Both the position numbers and the translations under genes were made by a program. This document shows, one piece after another, positions 40,101 to 49,302 of a stretch of DNA of 64,000 nt; positions within the stretch are counted from its first letter, which is position 1, and every line of letters begins with the position of its first letter. Below the pieces are notes generated by a model. The model saw nothing but the letters and a program-made list of their open reading frames with translations, was not told the DNA's origin and did not search any database. This DNA comes from Candidatus Binatia bacterium. Its GTDB lineage: Bacteria > Desulfobacterota > Binatia > UBA9968 > CAXXLF01. The DNA lies in contig CAXXLF010000002.1 in the NCBI GenBank assembly GCA_963664015.2, positions 1,824,001 to 1,888,000 of the forward strand, given 5' to 3'.

Positions 40101-41308
40101 ACGGTCGAGCTCGCCCATCCGAACGGCGCGAATGGCCGCAGCCGATTGAAGCAGCTCGTCGCGGGTCAGTGGATAGAGAATCCCCTTGGAAACCGCTCCG
40201 AGCCAGTGGCCCGATCGCCCCACCCATTGGAGCAGGCTTTCCAACGACCGCGGTGCCCCCAGATGACACACCAGGTCCACATGACCGATGTCGATGCCGA
40301 GTTCGAGTGAAGCCGTTGCTACGACTACAGGGACCTGGGCGTTCTTGAGCTTTTGCTCGGCTTCGAGGCGTATCTTGCGGGAGAGGCTTCCGTGGTGGGC
40401 CCGAACCTTGTCTTCTCCCAGGCGCGCGCTCAATTGATGCGAGACACGTTCGACCAAACGGCGCGTATTGACGAAGACCAACGTGGTTCGCTGGGCGTTG
40501 ATCTGACCGACAATTCGATCATAGACCTCCGCCCAGAGCTCGTGGCTGGCGATGGGTCCGAGTGCTTGTTCCGGCAGGTATATAGTCAGATCGAGATCGC
40601 GCTTGTGACCGACATCCACGATAGTACACTGGGGCGCTCCATCATTTTTGATGCGATCGTTGCCGACCAGTAGCCGTGCCACCTCTTCTATGGGCTTCTG
40701 GGTCGCGCTCAGACCAATACGCTGCAGGCGACGGCCCGTGAGGGCGTCGAGTCGCTCCATGGAAAGGCTGAGATGGGCCCCGCGCTTGTCACCGGCGACC
40801 GCATGAATCTCATCGATGATAATCGTCTCGGCAGCCTTGAGGATCTGACGGCTGTGGTGGGCGGTGAGGAGGATATACAGGGATTCGGGTGTCGTAATGA
40901 GGATGTGGGGGGGGGGCGCAGCATCAACTGGCGCTTCCGATTGGGAGTATCTCCGGACCTCACCGCCACTCGGATATCGGGGTGGAGTTCCCCCTGATGG
41001 CCCATCAAGCTCAAAATTCCTGACAGGGGTTCCTGGAGGTTTTTTTGAATATCGTTTTCCAACGCCTTGAGGGGGGAAACATAGACAACGCTGGTCTTGT
41101 CCTCGAGGCGCCCTTCAACGGCTCGCCGTATGAGCCGGTCGATGGACCAGAAAAAAGCCGCAAGCGTTTTGCCTGATCCGGTGGGCGCTGCGATTAGGGT
41201 GTCATTACCCTGAGCGATAGATTCCAAGCCAGCTTCTTGAGCTGCGGTAGCCTTGCCAAAGCGCTCAGCGAACCACTGCCAGACGAGGGGGTGAAACAGA
41301 TGATTCAT
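37133..41308 (-). pseudogene. lhr: Lhr-family DEAD/DEAH helicase broken into at least six pieces
   Basis: [74 protein letters not shown] spread across frames; several frameshifts and TAG at 38731. Confidence 0.9.
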
Positions 41309-41426
41309 GAAACTTCCTTGCCCGAGGGATTCCAAGAGTGTAAATTCTTTAGTCCCTGTAACGCAACAGGCAGATGTAATCTAACGGTCCTATTCGGGCC
41401 CATTCAATGATTGAAAGACGACGTCC

Positions 41427-42029
41427 ATGGCGCTCATTTTCACTGCACCCATGGCAAAGCGTATGACCCCCCGGGTGCGCGGAATACTGGAGGATTCGCT
41501 GCGCTGCTTCCCCGAGCTGCAAGGGCAATCCATTACGGTGGGTTACACCCGGGGCGCCCTGGGTGTAGCCTACATGCCCATGGATGGCTCCGGTGGGTCC
41601 ATGGGCATTCGTCTAAAAGTACGTAACTTGGTCTACAACACCGTCGGCCACGAATTGACCCATCTGGTGCAGTGGTTGTCCCAAATGACCGAGGAAAAAG
41701 CTGCGACAGAAGGGCTAAGGATCCCCGGCGGGGAGAAACAATGCGATATCTGGACCCTGGCCCGAAGCGATCTCTTTTGTGACGACGCCCCGACTTATCT
41801 TAAATTGCCGCACGAAATCAGGGAGAATTGGTCACCCTATGCGGGAGCCGTCCGCTCCCTCTGCATAGCCGCCATAGAAAAACGGAAGGCCTATCGATAT
41901 TACATCCGCTGGCTGGAAGATCAGATACACCAGCTGGCATGCAAAAAGAAGCCAAAGGATACCACGGGCGTAAGCCCGGGGAGGCTTCATTCAGAAGCGC
42001 CCGTCCAAGGTTGGTTGCCGTTTGTTTAA
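41427..42029 (+). CDS. Hypothetical protein with HExxH zincin motif
   Basis: VGHELTHLVQ plus downstream E (GEKQCD). Confidence 0.7.
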   Translation: MALIFTAPMAKRMTPRVRGILEDSLRCFPELQGQSITVGYTRGALGVAYMPMDGSGGSMGIRLKVRNLVYNTVGHELTHLVQWLSQMTEEKAATEGLRIPGGEKQCDIWTLARSDLFCDDAPTYLKLPHEIRENWSPYAGAVRSLCIAAIEKRKAYRYYIRWLEDQIHQLACKKKPKDTTGVSPGRLHSEAPVQGWLPFV

Positions 42030-42097
42030 AACCGGTGGAGCGTTATCGGTGTCCTGGGGCTGGAGGAGATTTTAGGAAGCGGGCAGGGTATTGGGGG

Positions 42098-42422
42098 TCA
42101 ACCCCGTTTCAGTTGGACGACCGTAGCTCCCCAGCCACCACGCTCCGGTTGTGCGTCTTTGAAAGAGACGATCCATGGATGTTTTTCGAGCAGGGATTGA
42201 ACCACCTATCGTTGAATCCCCTTACCGCGCCCATGAATTAGCCGGACCTCGTGGAAGCCAGCCTGGCGGCACTGCTCGAGATACTCCTCCCCCCACGCTG
42301 GGAATGTCTCTGGGGGGAAATACGTGGAGGTCGATATAATCTTCAATAGGTAGGACAACGGTATCCTCAATGGGAGCATCATCCGCATCGTATTTTTCAG
42401 GCGTTTTGCTACCTCGATTCAT
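42098..42422 (-). pseudogene. Smr domain protein, frameshifted and with an in-frame TAG
   Basis: LPIEDYIDLHVFPPRD / EYLEQC...VRLIHGRGKGIQR*VVQSLL...GGWGATVV. Confidence 0.85.
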
Positions 42423-42425
42423 TAT

Positions 42426-42788
42426 GGCATAGGGCTAAGGGGAAGAGTAAGACAGTAGGCAGTTTGCAGTGGGCAGCAAGAAAGCAAAGAGCAGAGTGTC
42501 CGAACTCCTCAACCGCAGATGGACGCAGACTAAATAAAAAATCTAAAATCCGAAACTCTAAACTATTTAATTCAGTAGTTTTGAAATTAGGTATTTTGTC
42601 ATTTGCATTTATTTCGGATTTAGAATTTCGTTATTCGAATTTCTCACTCTCTTTAATATCTGCCGGCTGTCTTTCTTGGCCCCAATAACTCAGCCCTCAG
42701 CACTTTTGACTCATTACTATTCTTGCTGCTCCCTGCCATTTGCTTGCTGTTTTTCTGACCTCTGTTTTCCGACCTCTGGCTGATAGCT
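42426..42788. repeat. Nested inverted short-period repeat arms
   Basis: GCAGCAAGAA(42473)/TTCTTGCTGC(42720); AACCGCAGAT(42511)/ATCTGCCGGCT(42658); TCTAAAATCCGAAA(42542)/TTTCGGATTTAGA(42612). Confidence 0.75.
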
Positions 42789-43095
42789 AATCAAGATCGA
42801 TATCCTTTAAGGGCTTTGTCAGTGGCTCCTCCTTGGCTTTTTTGAGGAGTTCCTGGAATTTGTTTTCGAAGACCTTTCCCTTGCTCTTTTCCGCTTCTAC
42901 GATGTTGTGAACCTTCTCGTCCCGACGGGTGGCCTCTTCCTTGAGGAAACTGTTGGCGTCCTTCATATGGGCGACGGGTTGCGGGCGTGCCGGTTCTTTA
43001 TGACTTAAGACCGTGGCCAGTGGGGTATCGACTGTGAGAATGGACCCGCAGCAAGGACAAGTGACTTGAATTGTCGAGGCATTGTTATCGGACAT
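42787..43095 (-). CDS. Small hypothetical protein with N-terminal CPCC zinc knuckle and coiled coil
   Basis: VTCPCCGSILTVD...KFQELLKKAKEEP..KP..DIDLD; RBS GGAGG. Confidence 0.75.
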   Translation of the reverse strand: MSDNNASTIQVTCPCCGSILTVDTPLATVLSHKEPARPQPVAHMKDANSFLKEEATRRDEKVHNIVEAEKSKGKVFENKFQELLKKAKEEPLTKPLKDIDLD

Positions 43096-43106
43096 GATGG
43101 ACCCTC

Positions 43107-43496
43107 CTATTGGGCATTGTTTCCCCTGAGTTCGATATGCTCACCATCGGGACCTTTAAACACTACCCTACGCCAGCCCGCCTCCCGGGGTTCCCGTGCC
43201 GCCGTAGGGTGGGGTGGCTGCACGACCTCCACTCCATCTCGTTCCAAGTCGGACACCGATTGGTCGAAGTTTTCCGTTTCAAGACAGAAGTGAAAGCCAA
43301 TCATGGAGCCCTCGGACCGATGTGTCAGCTCCAAGACCGTATCTCCCAATTTGAGATAGGCGATTTGAAGTCCCGCGCGCGGTTGGTTTTGGAAATATGT
43401 TTTGAAACCGAAGTGTCGTTCGTAAAATTCAACCGAACGGTCCAGATCTTTCACATGTAAGGCCATATGGTCAATTCGTTTATACATGGATTCCAA
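43107..43496 (-). CDS. VOC/glyoxalase family protein
   Basis: IDHMAL.V.DL.RS..FY, LEL, HFCL, F.GPDGEHIEL. Confidence 0.9.
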   Translation of the reverse strand: MESMYKRIDHMALHVKDLDRSVEFYERHFGFKTYFQNQPRAGLQIAYLKLGDTVLELTHRSEGSMIGFHFCLETENFDQSVSDLERDGVEVVQPPHPTAAREPREAGWRRVVFKGPDGEHIELRGNNAQ

Positions 43497-43698
43497 CCCC
43501 TGGCACGGCTCATCCTTCTATGAATTAGCATACACTTTCGCGCTGGTGGTTTGCAAAAGCGTCTACGGTAGCGCTCCGGTGAAGGGTGGAATAGAATTCA
43601 CGGTTGCAAACGGAAATAGCAGTGGCCGTGATTGGATGAGCCCTCTCAGGTCGGTTGCGTGCAAGGGGTAAAATTGGTAGTGGTGAGCGGTACGGCTT

Positions 43699-44403
43699 AT
43701 GCCTATTTATCGATTGATTGATGAGATCGTCTTTCCCCCGCCTGAGGATGCTCAACTGGACGGACTGCTGGCCGTAGGGGGAGACCTGAGTGCCAAGCGG
43801 CTCCTCATGGCTTACCAGTTAGGTATCTTTCCGTGGTATTCGGAAGGACAGCCCATTCTGTGGTGGTCGCCGGATCCGCGTTTGGTCCTTGACCCCAAGG
43901 ACTTTCGACTTTCCAAAGCACTGCGCCAGACACTTACGAAGGGTCCATTCCAGGTTACCTTCGATCAGTCGTTTGATGAGGTGATCGGGGCATGTAGCCA
44001 GGTCCCTCGAAAGGGGCAGCAGGGGACGTGGATCACGCAAGAAATGCAAGAGGGATACAAGGGGCTCCATAAACTGGGGTACGCCCACTCTGTGGAGAGT
44101 TGGCGCGACGGGGAATTGGTAGGCGGCCTTTATGGAGTTTCCCTGGGACGGTGTTTTTTCGGCGAATCGATGTTTTTTCTCGAAACCGATGCATCAAAAG
44201 TTGCCTTCGCAACTCTAGTAGAGCGACTCAAAGACTGGGGCTTTCACCTGGTTGATGCCCAGGTGACGACGCGCCACCTGATAAGCCTGGGGGCCAAGGA
44301 GATACCCCGCCCTGAATTTCTGAACCGGCTTGAGGAAGCCATGCGTTTCCCGACCCTCAAGGGCTCTTGGAGCGAGAGCAATGGCCTATTCATGGAACAA
44401 TAA
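43699..44403 (+). CDS. aat: Leucyl/phenylalanyl-tRNA--protein transferase
   Basis: GLLAVGGDL, GIFPWY, WWSPDPR, GTWI, AHSVE, FFGESMF, DASKVA. Confidence 0.97.
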   Translation: MPIYRLIDEIVFPPPEDAQLDGLLAVGGDLSAKRLLMAYQLGIFPWYSEGQPILWWSPDPRLVLDPKDFRLSKALRQTLTKGPFQVTFDQSFDEVIGACSQVPRKGQQGTWITQEMQEGYKGLHKLGYAHSVESWRDGELVGGLYGVSLGRCFFGESMFFLETDASKVAFATLVERLKDWGFHLVDAQVTTRHLISLGAKEIPRPEFLNRLEEAMRFPTLKGSWSESNGLFMEQ

Positions 44404-44475
44404 TCAGGCCCCATTGGCGTAGGGCCCACAGCTCTCGGTGCACTTCCGGGATGAATTCTGATCGGGGTTAGTGAG

Positions 44476-45735
44476 TTAAGCTGTTGGACAGCGGCCGGTG
44501 GTGAGGTGAGCCTGGAAATCATCCGGGAAGAGCTTGAAGGCACTTTCGATAGGCGGGCCCGGCATATTGATCAGATTACAGAACCCCTTCCCCTTATTGA
44601 AAGCAATAACCTTACTCAATTGATCCAAGAGGGCCTCTTGCCCTCCGCCTTGCTGGACCTTTTTTAGGATGGTGACCAGCATGTTGGTCTCCATCCGGCA
44701 GGCCGGACATTGATCGCAGGACTCACGAGAGAAGAACTCGGCGATTTTGAGGGTTTCTTCAACGATGCACTGGCCGTCGGTCAGGAAGCGGACGACGCCA
44801 CAACCAATAGAAGAACCAGCCTCGCGTACACTCTGGTGATCCAAGGGTAGGTCGAGCTTTTCGGGGAGGAGAAAGGCCGACGATGGGCCTCCAGGCTGAA
44901 TTGCCTTGAGGGATTTTTGGCCCTTAATGCCCCCACCGCATTCTTCCAGAAGGGTACGAAGCGGCACGCCGAAGGGAAGCTCATATATTCCCGGACGCTC
45001 TACATCTTCATTGAGTGAGAATATCATGGTTCCCGGGCTGTCCGCCGTACCAAAGCCACGATACCACTGGGCCCCTTTGGTCACAATTTGCGGTAGATTT
45101 GCCAGGGTTTCCACATTGTTGACGGCCGTGGGCTTGCCAGAAAGCCCAGCGGTAGCTGGAAAAGGAGGTTTCTCCCTCGGTTTGGGTTCTTTCCCCTCCA
45201 GGACCTCCAGCGCAGCAGTGTCCTCTCCCGCCACGTAGTTAGGTGGTGCGGGTTGGTGCAGGATTTCTAGATTAAATTTACTGCCTAGGACTTTCTCGCC
45301 CCAGTAGTCGGCCTTCTTGGCCTCGGCCATGGCTCCCAGCATGCTTTCGGTTGCGGCCTTATAATTTTGGTTTATGTAGAGATAGGCCTTGGGTGCCTGA
45401 ACCGCATAGGCAGCAAGGATAACTCCTTCGAGGACCAAGTGAGGGGCGTTCTCCATGAGGAGCCGGTCTTTTTTACTACCCGGTTCGTCCTCGCCACCGT
45501 TTAAGACCACGTAATGAGGCTGCTCTGTGCACTCGGCCGTGATGGCCATCTTCTTTCCCGTGGGAAATCCCGCCCCTCCGTGGCCGCGCAGGCCGGAATC
45601 GCTAACCTCTTTGAGAACGGCCTCGGGAGAGCCTTTAAGAGCCTTCTCCAGAGCTCCGTAGCCCCCATGGGCTAAGTACTCTTTCAGACCCTGTTTGCTC
45701 GCCACGACGCCACTAGGAAAGATGATCCCATCCAT
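44476..45735 (-). CDS. Stand-alone NuoF/HoxF-like FMN/[4Fe-4S] NAD(P)H dehydrogenase subunit
   Basis: SGLRGHGGAGFPTG, NGGEDEPGS.KDR, YVAGEDTA, NNVETLAN, SLBB domain, ESCDQCPACR...C. Confidence 0.9.
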   Translation of the reverse strand: MDGIIFPSGVVASKQGLKEYLAHGGYGALEKALKGSPEAVLKEVSDSGLRGHGGAGFPTGKKMAITAECTEQPHYVVLNGGEDEPGSKKDRLLMENAPHLVLEGVILAAYAVQAPKAYLYINQNYKAATESMLGAMAEAKKADYWGEKVLGSKFNLEILHQPAPPNYVAGEDTAALEVLEGKEPKPREKPPFPATAGLSGKPTAVNNVETLANLPQIVTKGAQWYRGFGTADSPGTMIFSLNEDVERPGIYELPFGVPLRTLLEECGGGIKGQKSLKAIQPGGPSSAFLLPEKLDLPLDHQSVREAGSSIGCGVVRFLTDGQCIVEETLKIAEFFSRESCDQCPACRMETNMLVTILKKVQQGGGQEALLDQLSKVIAFNKGKGFCNLINMPGPPIESAFKLFPDDFQAHLTTGRCPTA

Positions 45736-45743
45736 AAGGCCCC

Positions 45744-46067
45744 CTAAAAGACTCCGGTATCGAGGAGCTGATAGATGAGATCTTTGAGTGAGCTGTCGAT
45801 CTTATCAAGCCGTTTGACGTCAGGTCCTCCGGAAAGGTGCGCTACAATATCATTGACATCTTCCTTCTTGACGCCAGCGTACCAGCTTTTCTGTGGGTAG
45901 AGAACGATGTTGGGCCCCTCCTGGCAGGCGCCAAAACACATGTATGACTTGACCTCCACATCCTTTAAATCCTTTTCACCCACCTGCTTCTCAAGTTCTT
46001 TCATAATCTCTTCAGACCCTCGACTTTTACAATCGATGTTCTGACAGACAAGACAGATACACTTCAC
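45744..46067 (-). CDS. Thioredoxin-like [2Fe-2S] ferredoxin
   Basis: CQNIDC...CFGAC..GPNIVLYP...WY; GTG start with RBS AAGGAG. Confidence 0.9.
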   Translation of the reverse strand: MKCICLVCQNIDCKSRGSEEIMKELEKQVGEKDLKDVEVKSYMCFGACQEGPNIVLYPQKSWYAGVKKEDVNDIVAHLSGGPDVKRLDKIDSSLKDLIYQLLDTGVF

Positions 46068-46113
46068 TTAACTCTCCTTCCCATTGATGACAAGACTTGC
46101 GAGTGAACTGGGA

Positions 46114-47214
46114 TCAGTTCATCTGTAGGACCCAGTCTTTTTTCTTGAAGATTTCACTCAGGATACGTTCATCCTCTTCTGTGGGAAGCACCTGGGTCAG
46201 ATGCCTCTTATGCTCCTTTTGTGTGAGCAGTTGGCCATCGACGCTGTAAGGCTTCCCCGTGTGCTCTCCGATGGAACGGTTAAACTTTAAATCGGGACTG
46301 GTCAGTTTGATCTCCCCGTCGGGGATATTCTGATTGAGGGCCTCCACCAGACTATGGGCCTCGATACAATAGTGCTCTAAGGCCAGCTCGTTGAGTCTGG
46401 TCTTGTCTGCCTCTTCCTTGGCCTCGTGCTCATTGTAGCGGCCTTTGAGACCCCAGACATAAGCCCACTGGGCGGAAGAAGATTGAGTGGTTCCAAAGAG
46501 GTCATAGGCCGTGGATAACCACTTGTTAAAGTATTTCTGTACGATGGATACGGGAATCTTTCGCGCCTTGACGACACGAGTGAGTCCCGTGTTGCCGGTG
46601 AACATATGGAAAGACTCCTCCTTGAGCATCGCGGTTACGCTCTGGGCCAAGGGGGCAAATGCCGAATGACTCAGCATGGTGAGCTGGTATTTCCCGTCTC
46701 TGTCGACGAATTCGGTGTAGGTAAAAAAATCGAGCCAGTTGGTCACCGGCTGATTGAAAGAGCCCAAAAGGCGATTGCCCTGCCCCGCTCGACGCTGCAG
46801 AAGCTTCTCCGCTTCCAATTTTCCAGAATAGCCAAAGTAATTCACCAGAAGATAGCACATCTGCCAGCCATGGCGCATCTCTTCGCTGTTGACGCGGATG
46901 AGCGCCTGACGATCATAATCCGTAGGTGCGTTGTCCAGAAGGTTTTTCTGTTGTTCCACAGAGGCAAATTCCGTATCCCCCTGATATACGATCAGGTTCA
47001 AAAGCGCGTCACGGATGGTTTGATTGGGGATCTGGGTCACTCTTTGCCATTTCGGTTGCCCCTTGAAATCGCCGAATTCGATCTCGGGAGAATGGAGTTC
47101 CCCAAGTTTGGTCTCGAATTTATAGTCACCAAAAAGAAAAGCATCGTAGCCGATATCCTTATGCCATTCGTGGAAACAGTCGATCCAATCATCAAATGTC
47201 GTGATTTTTCCCAT
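46114..47214 (-). CDS. BoxB-like (PaaA/PaaC family) ferritin-like diiron aryl-CoA epoxidase subunit
   Basis: QGDTEFASVEQQ, APTDYD, EEMRHGWQM, DRDGKYQL, EESFHMFTG, DLFG; RBS GAGGAG. Confidence 0.88.
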   Translation of the reverse strand: MGKITTFDDWIDCFHEWHKDIGYDAFLFGDYKFETKLGELHSPEIEFGDFKGQPKWQRVTQIPNQTIRDALLNLIVYQGDTEFASVEQQKNLLDNAPTDYDRQALIRVNSEEMRHGWQMCYLLVNYFGYSGKLEAEKLLQRRAGQGNRLLGSFNQPVTNWLDFFTYTEFVDRDGKYQLTMLSHSAFAPLAQSVTAMLKEESFHMFTGNTGLTRVVKARKIPVSIVQKYFNKWLSTAYDLFGTTQSSSAQWAYVWGLKGRYNEHEAKEEADKTRLNELALEHYCIEAHSLVEALNQNIPDGEIKLTSPDLKFNRSIGEHTGKPYSVDGQLLTQKEHKRHLTQVLPTEEDERILSEIFKKKDWVLQMN

Positions 47215-47245
47215 TTTCTTCTCCTCTGGGGATCCCTTCAGTTAG

Positions 47246-47292
47246 TTCGAACGATCGTTAGAATTTATAGCTTGGAAGGGGCAATGTCAACG
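47246..47292 (-). promoter_or_regulatory. Promoter and palindromic TetR-type operator of the boxB-like operon
   Basis: Minus strand TTGACA-17 bp-TAAATT; palindrome TTCGAACGATCGTTAGAA (47246-47263) just downstream of the -10. Confidence 0.7.
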
Positions 47293-47505
47293 CTAGAGGT
47301 CCCCCTTTCAGGGTGCCTTTTTGTCGGACGCAACTTTAGGGATTTTCCCTTTGGAAGTCAAATACTTCGCTGGGACTAGGGGGGACTATATCCGATAACA
47401 ATAACACGGTAGTACTAGCGCTCATTCGGTTCTCGCTTTGGATTTCTCTATGTGACGGATCCATCGAGTGAGTTTTCAGGGGAATGAATTAGATAAAGAA
47501 AGGGC

Positions 47506-48984
47506 TCAAGGGCGATTGGACTTGCCCACGAACCCAGGGCCGAATCCGGCCGCTTGAGCGGCCCAAGCCCCTGCCACGCGCCCGCTGAATATGGAGGGGC
47601 CAAGCATGGTTCCTTCCAGTCCCGCGTGCCCGTTGATATGTCCTCCAGCCATCCCGGACACCTCTCCCGTGGCGTAAAGGCCCGAGATGGGCTCGAAGTG
47701 ACAGTCCAGCACATGACATCTGAGGTCGGACTTGATGCCGCCGAAGTTCTTTCGCGCCACGGGAAAGAGGTGAATGGCATAAAAAGGGGGCGTGCCGAAT
47801 TTTTTCGACTGCTTGAGGGGTTTGCCCCATTCGGGTTCTTGTTCCAGGCCGCTCTCGCATGCCTGGTTGTACCGCTCCATGGTGGAACAAAAGATGGGAA
47901 GGTCCACCTCCGTCTTCCGCCCCAACTCGGCAATGGATTCGGCCTTATGGATATGGCGCGAGTTATCCAGCAGCGCCTGGATCTTCTCGCGTACGGTCTT
48001 GTTGTCTGCTTGGCCAAAGAGATCGGAAACCGCCATTTCCATCGCCATGGTCCCATCCAGTATCGCCCTCGCGTGTGGCGGATCCTACGCCATGAGTGCC
48101 AGCGTGGCCGAAGCGCCTCTGGTGAGAGATTCATTGTGGAAGCGTCGTCCCTGTTGGTTCACCCAGACGAATCCGGGGGTACCCCGAAAGGCGATGCCCC
48201 GCTTCCCCGTGGGGTCGCGGTGATCCGGAGTGGGGAAAACATAAAACCAGATATGATCCATGTGGGTAAGATAAGCACCTACTTCACTGGCGAGTTTGTG
48301 ACCCGCCCCTGTGGCTCCTAGACCGGCTCCCGCCATAATTCTGTACCTCTTGAGATCTGGTCTTGCCTCCAAGATCATATCCAGGTTGGAGTTGAATCCT
48401 CCGGCGGCAATAACGACGGTTTTACTGCTAATCTCCAATGGGTCACCGCTCTTCGTATTCACCCCGCTCAGACCGCAGGCCCTGCCATCTCGTGTGAGAA
48501 TCCGGGTAACTTCGGTTGCGGTGTGGATTTCGTAAACCCCGCACGCCTTGACCGCTTCGATCAAGGCCGACGTAATCCCGAAGCCCCCCTCGGCAGGGCG
48601 ATGCCAGCGGGGAACCCGGTTGCCTTCGGGCTGGTTAAGGTCCTGCCAGTGGACCCCCAATTGTTCTGCCCACAGATAGAGTTCGTGCAACGAATGCTCG
48701 AGGTAAAACCTGGCCCACGGCTCATCGGCTGCACCTCCGCCCCACGCGACCCAGTCCTCAAAGGCCTGATCGGGGGTGTCATGTATCCCTTTGGATGACT
48801 GGAGTGGGGTCCCGGCCATACAGCAACCGCCTCCGGAGACAATGGACGCACCTCCCATGGTCTCCGCCCTTTCCACCATGGCAACCTTGGCACCGGTACC
48901 ACGGGCCTCGATGGCGGCCGCCAACCCGGCTCCTCCAGTACCGACAATGGCCACATCGGCTACAATTCGCTTCGGGTCAGCCAC
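47506..48984 (-). pseudogene. FAD-dependent oxidoreductase (fumarate reductase/3-ketosteroid dehydrogenase flavoprotein family) split by an in-frame TAG
   Basis: GTGGAGLAAA, GGAS..SGG, AAGGF, VNQQGRRF.NE; TAG at 48085; then GLYATGE..G, GRVAG. GTG start with RBS AAGGAGG. Confidence 0.85.
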
Positions 48985-49302
48985 GACGCTCCTCCTTGAC
49001 TCCAGTCCCACGTATAATAGTCCGACCACCCATATATCAAAAGACGTGAAATTGTGAAGTTTCGACGTTAGTTCCGATTATGGGTCTACTCTTCATTCGG
49101 CCAAGACCCCTGATTGACCCCCAAATGCCTCGGTGGTAAGTATCACGTGCTTTAACAACGGTTTCGAACAGCTAATCGGGGAACCCCAAGTCGACCACGA
49201 TCCAATCCGTATCTATGTAATCCGAGTGTTGGCTCAGTCTAATGCTAAGTTGGGGCGAATGGGAACTCATCAATCCTTTCATCTGTTCATAGGAGAGAGA
49301 AC

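Noticed and set aside
40907-40916. Poly-G tract as a phase-variation switch for lhr
   Set aside because: The gene has several additional independent lesions, so tract reversion would not restore it.
44476-45735. Respiratory complex I or bifurcating hydrogenase locus
   Set aside because: No other nuo, hox, hyd or fdh subunits nearby, and the protein lacks the extra Fe-S domains of HydB-type subunits.
35445-48087. Genetic-code reassignment or pyrrolysine at in-frame TAGs
   Set aside because: Expected residues differ between sites (Tyr, Gln, Trp), several affected genes also carry frameshifts, and TAG terminates intact genes such as dnaK and glyQS.
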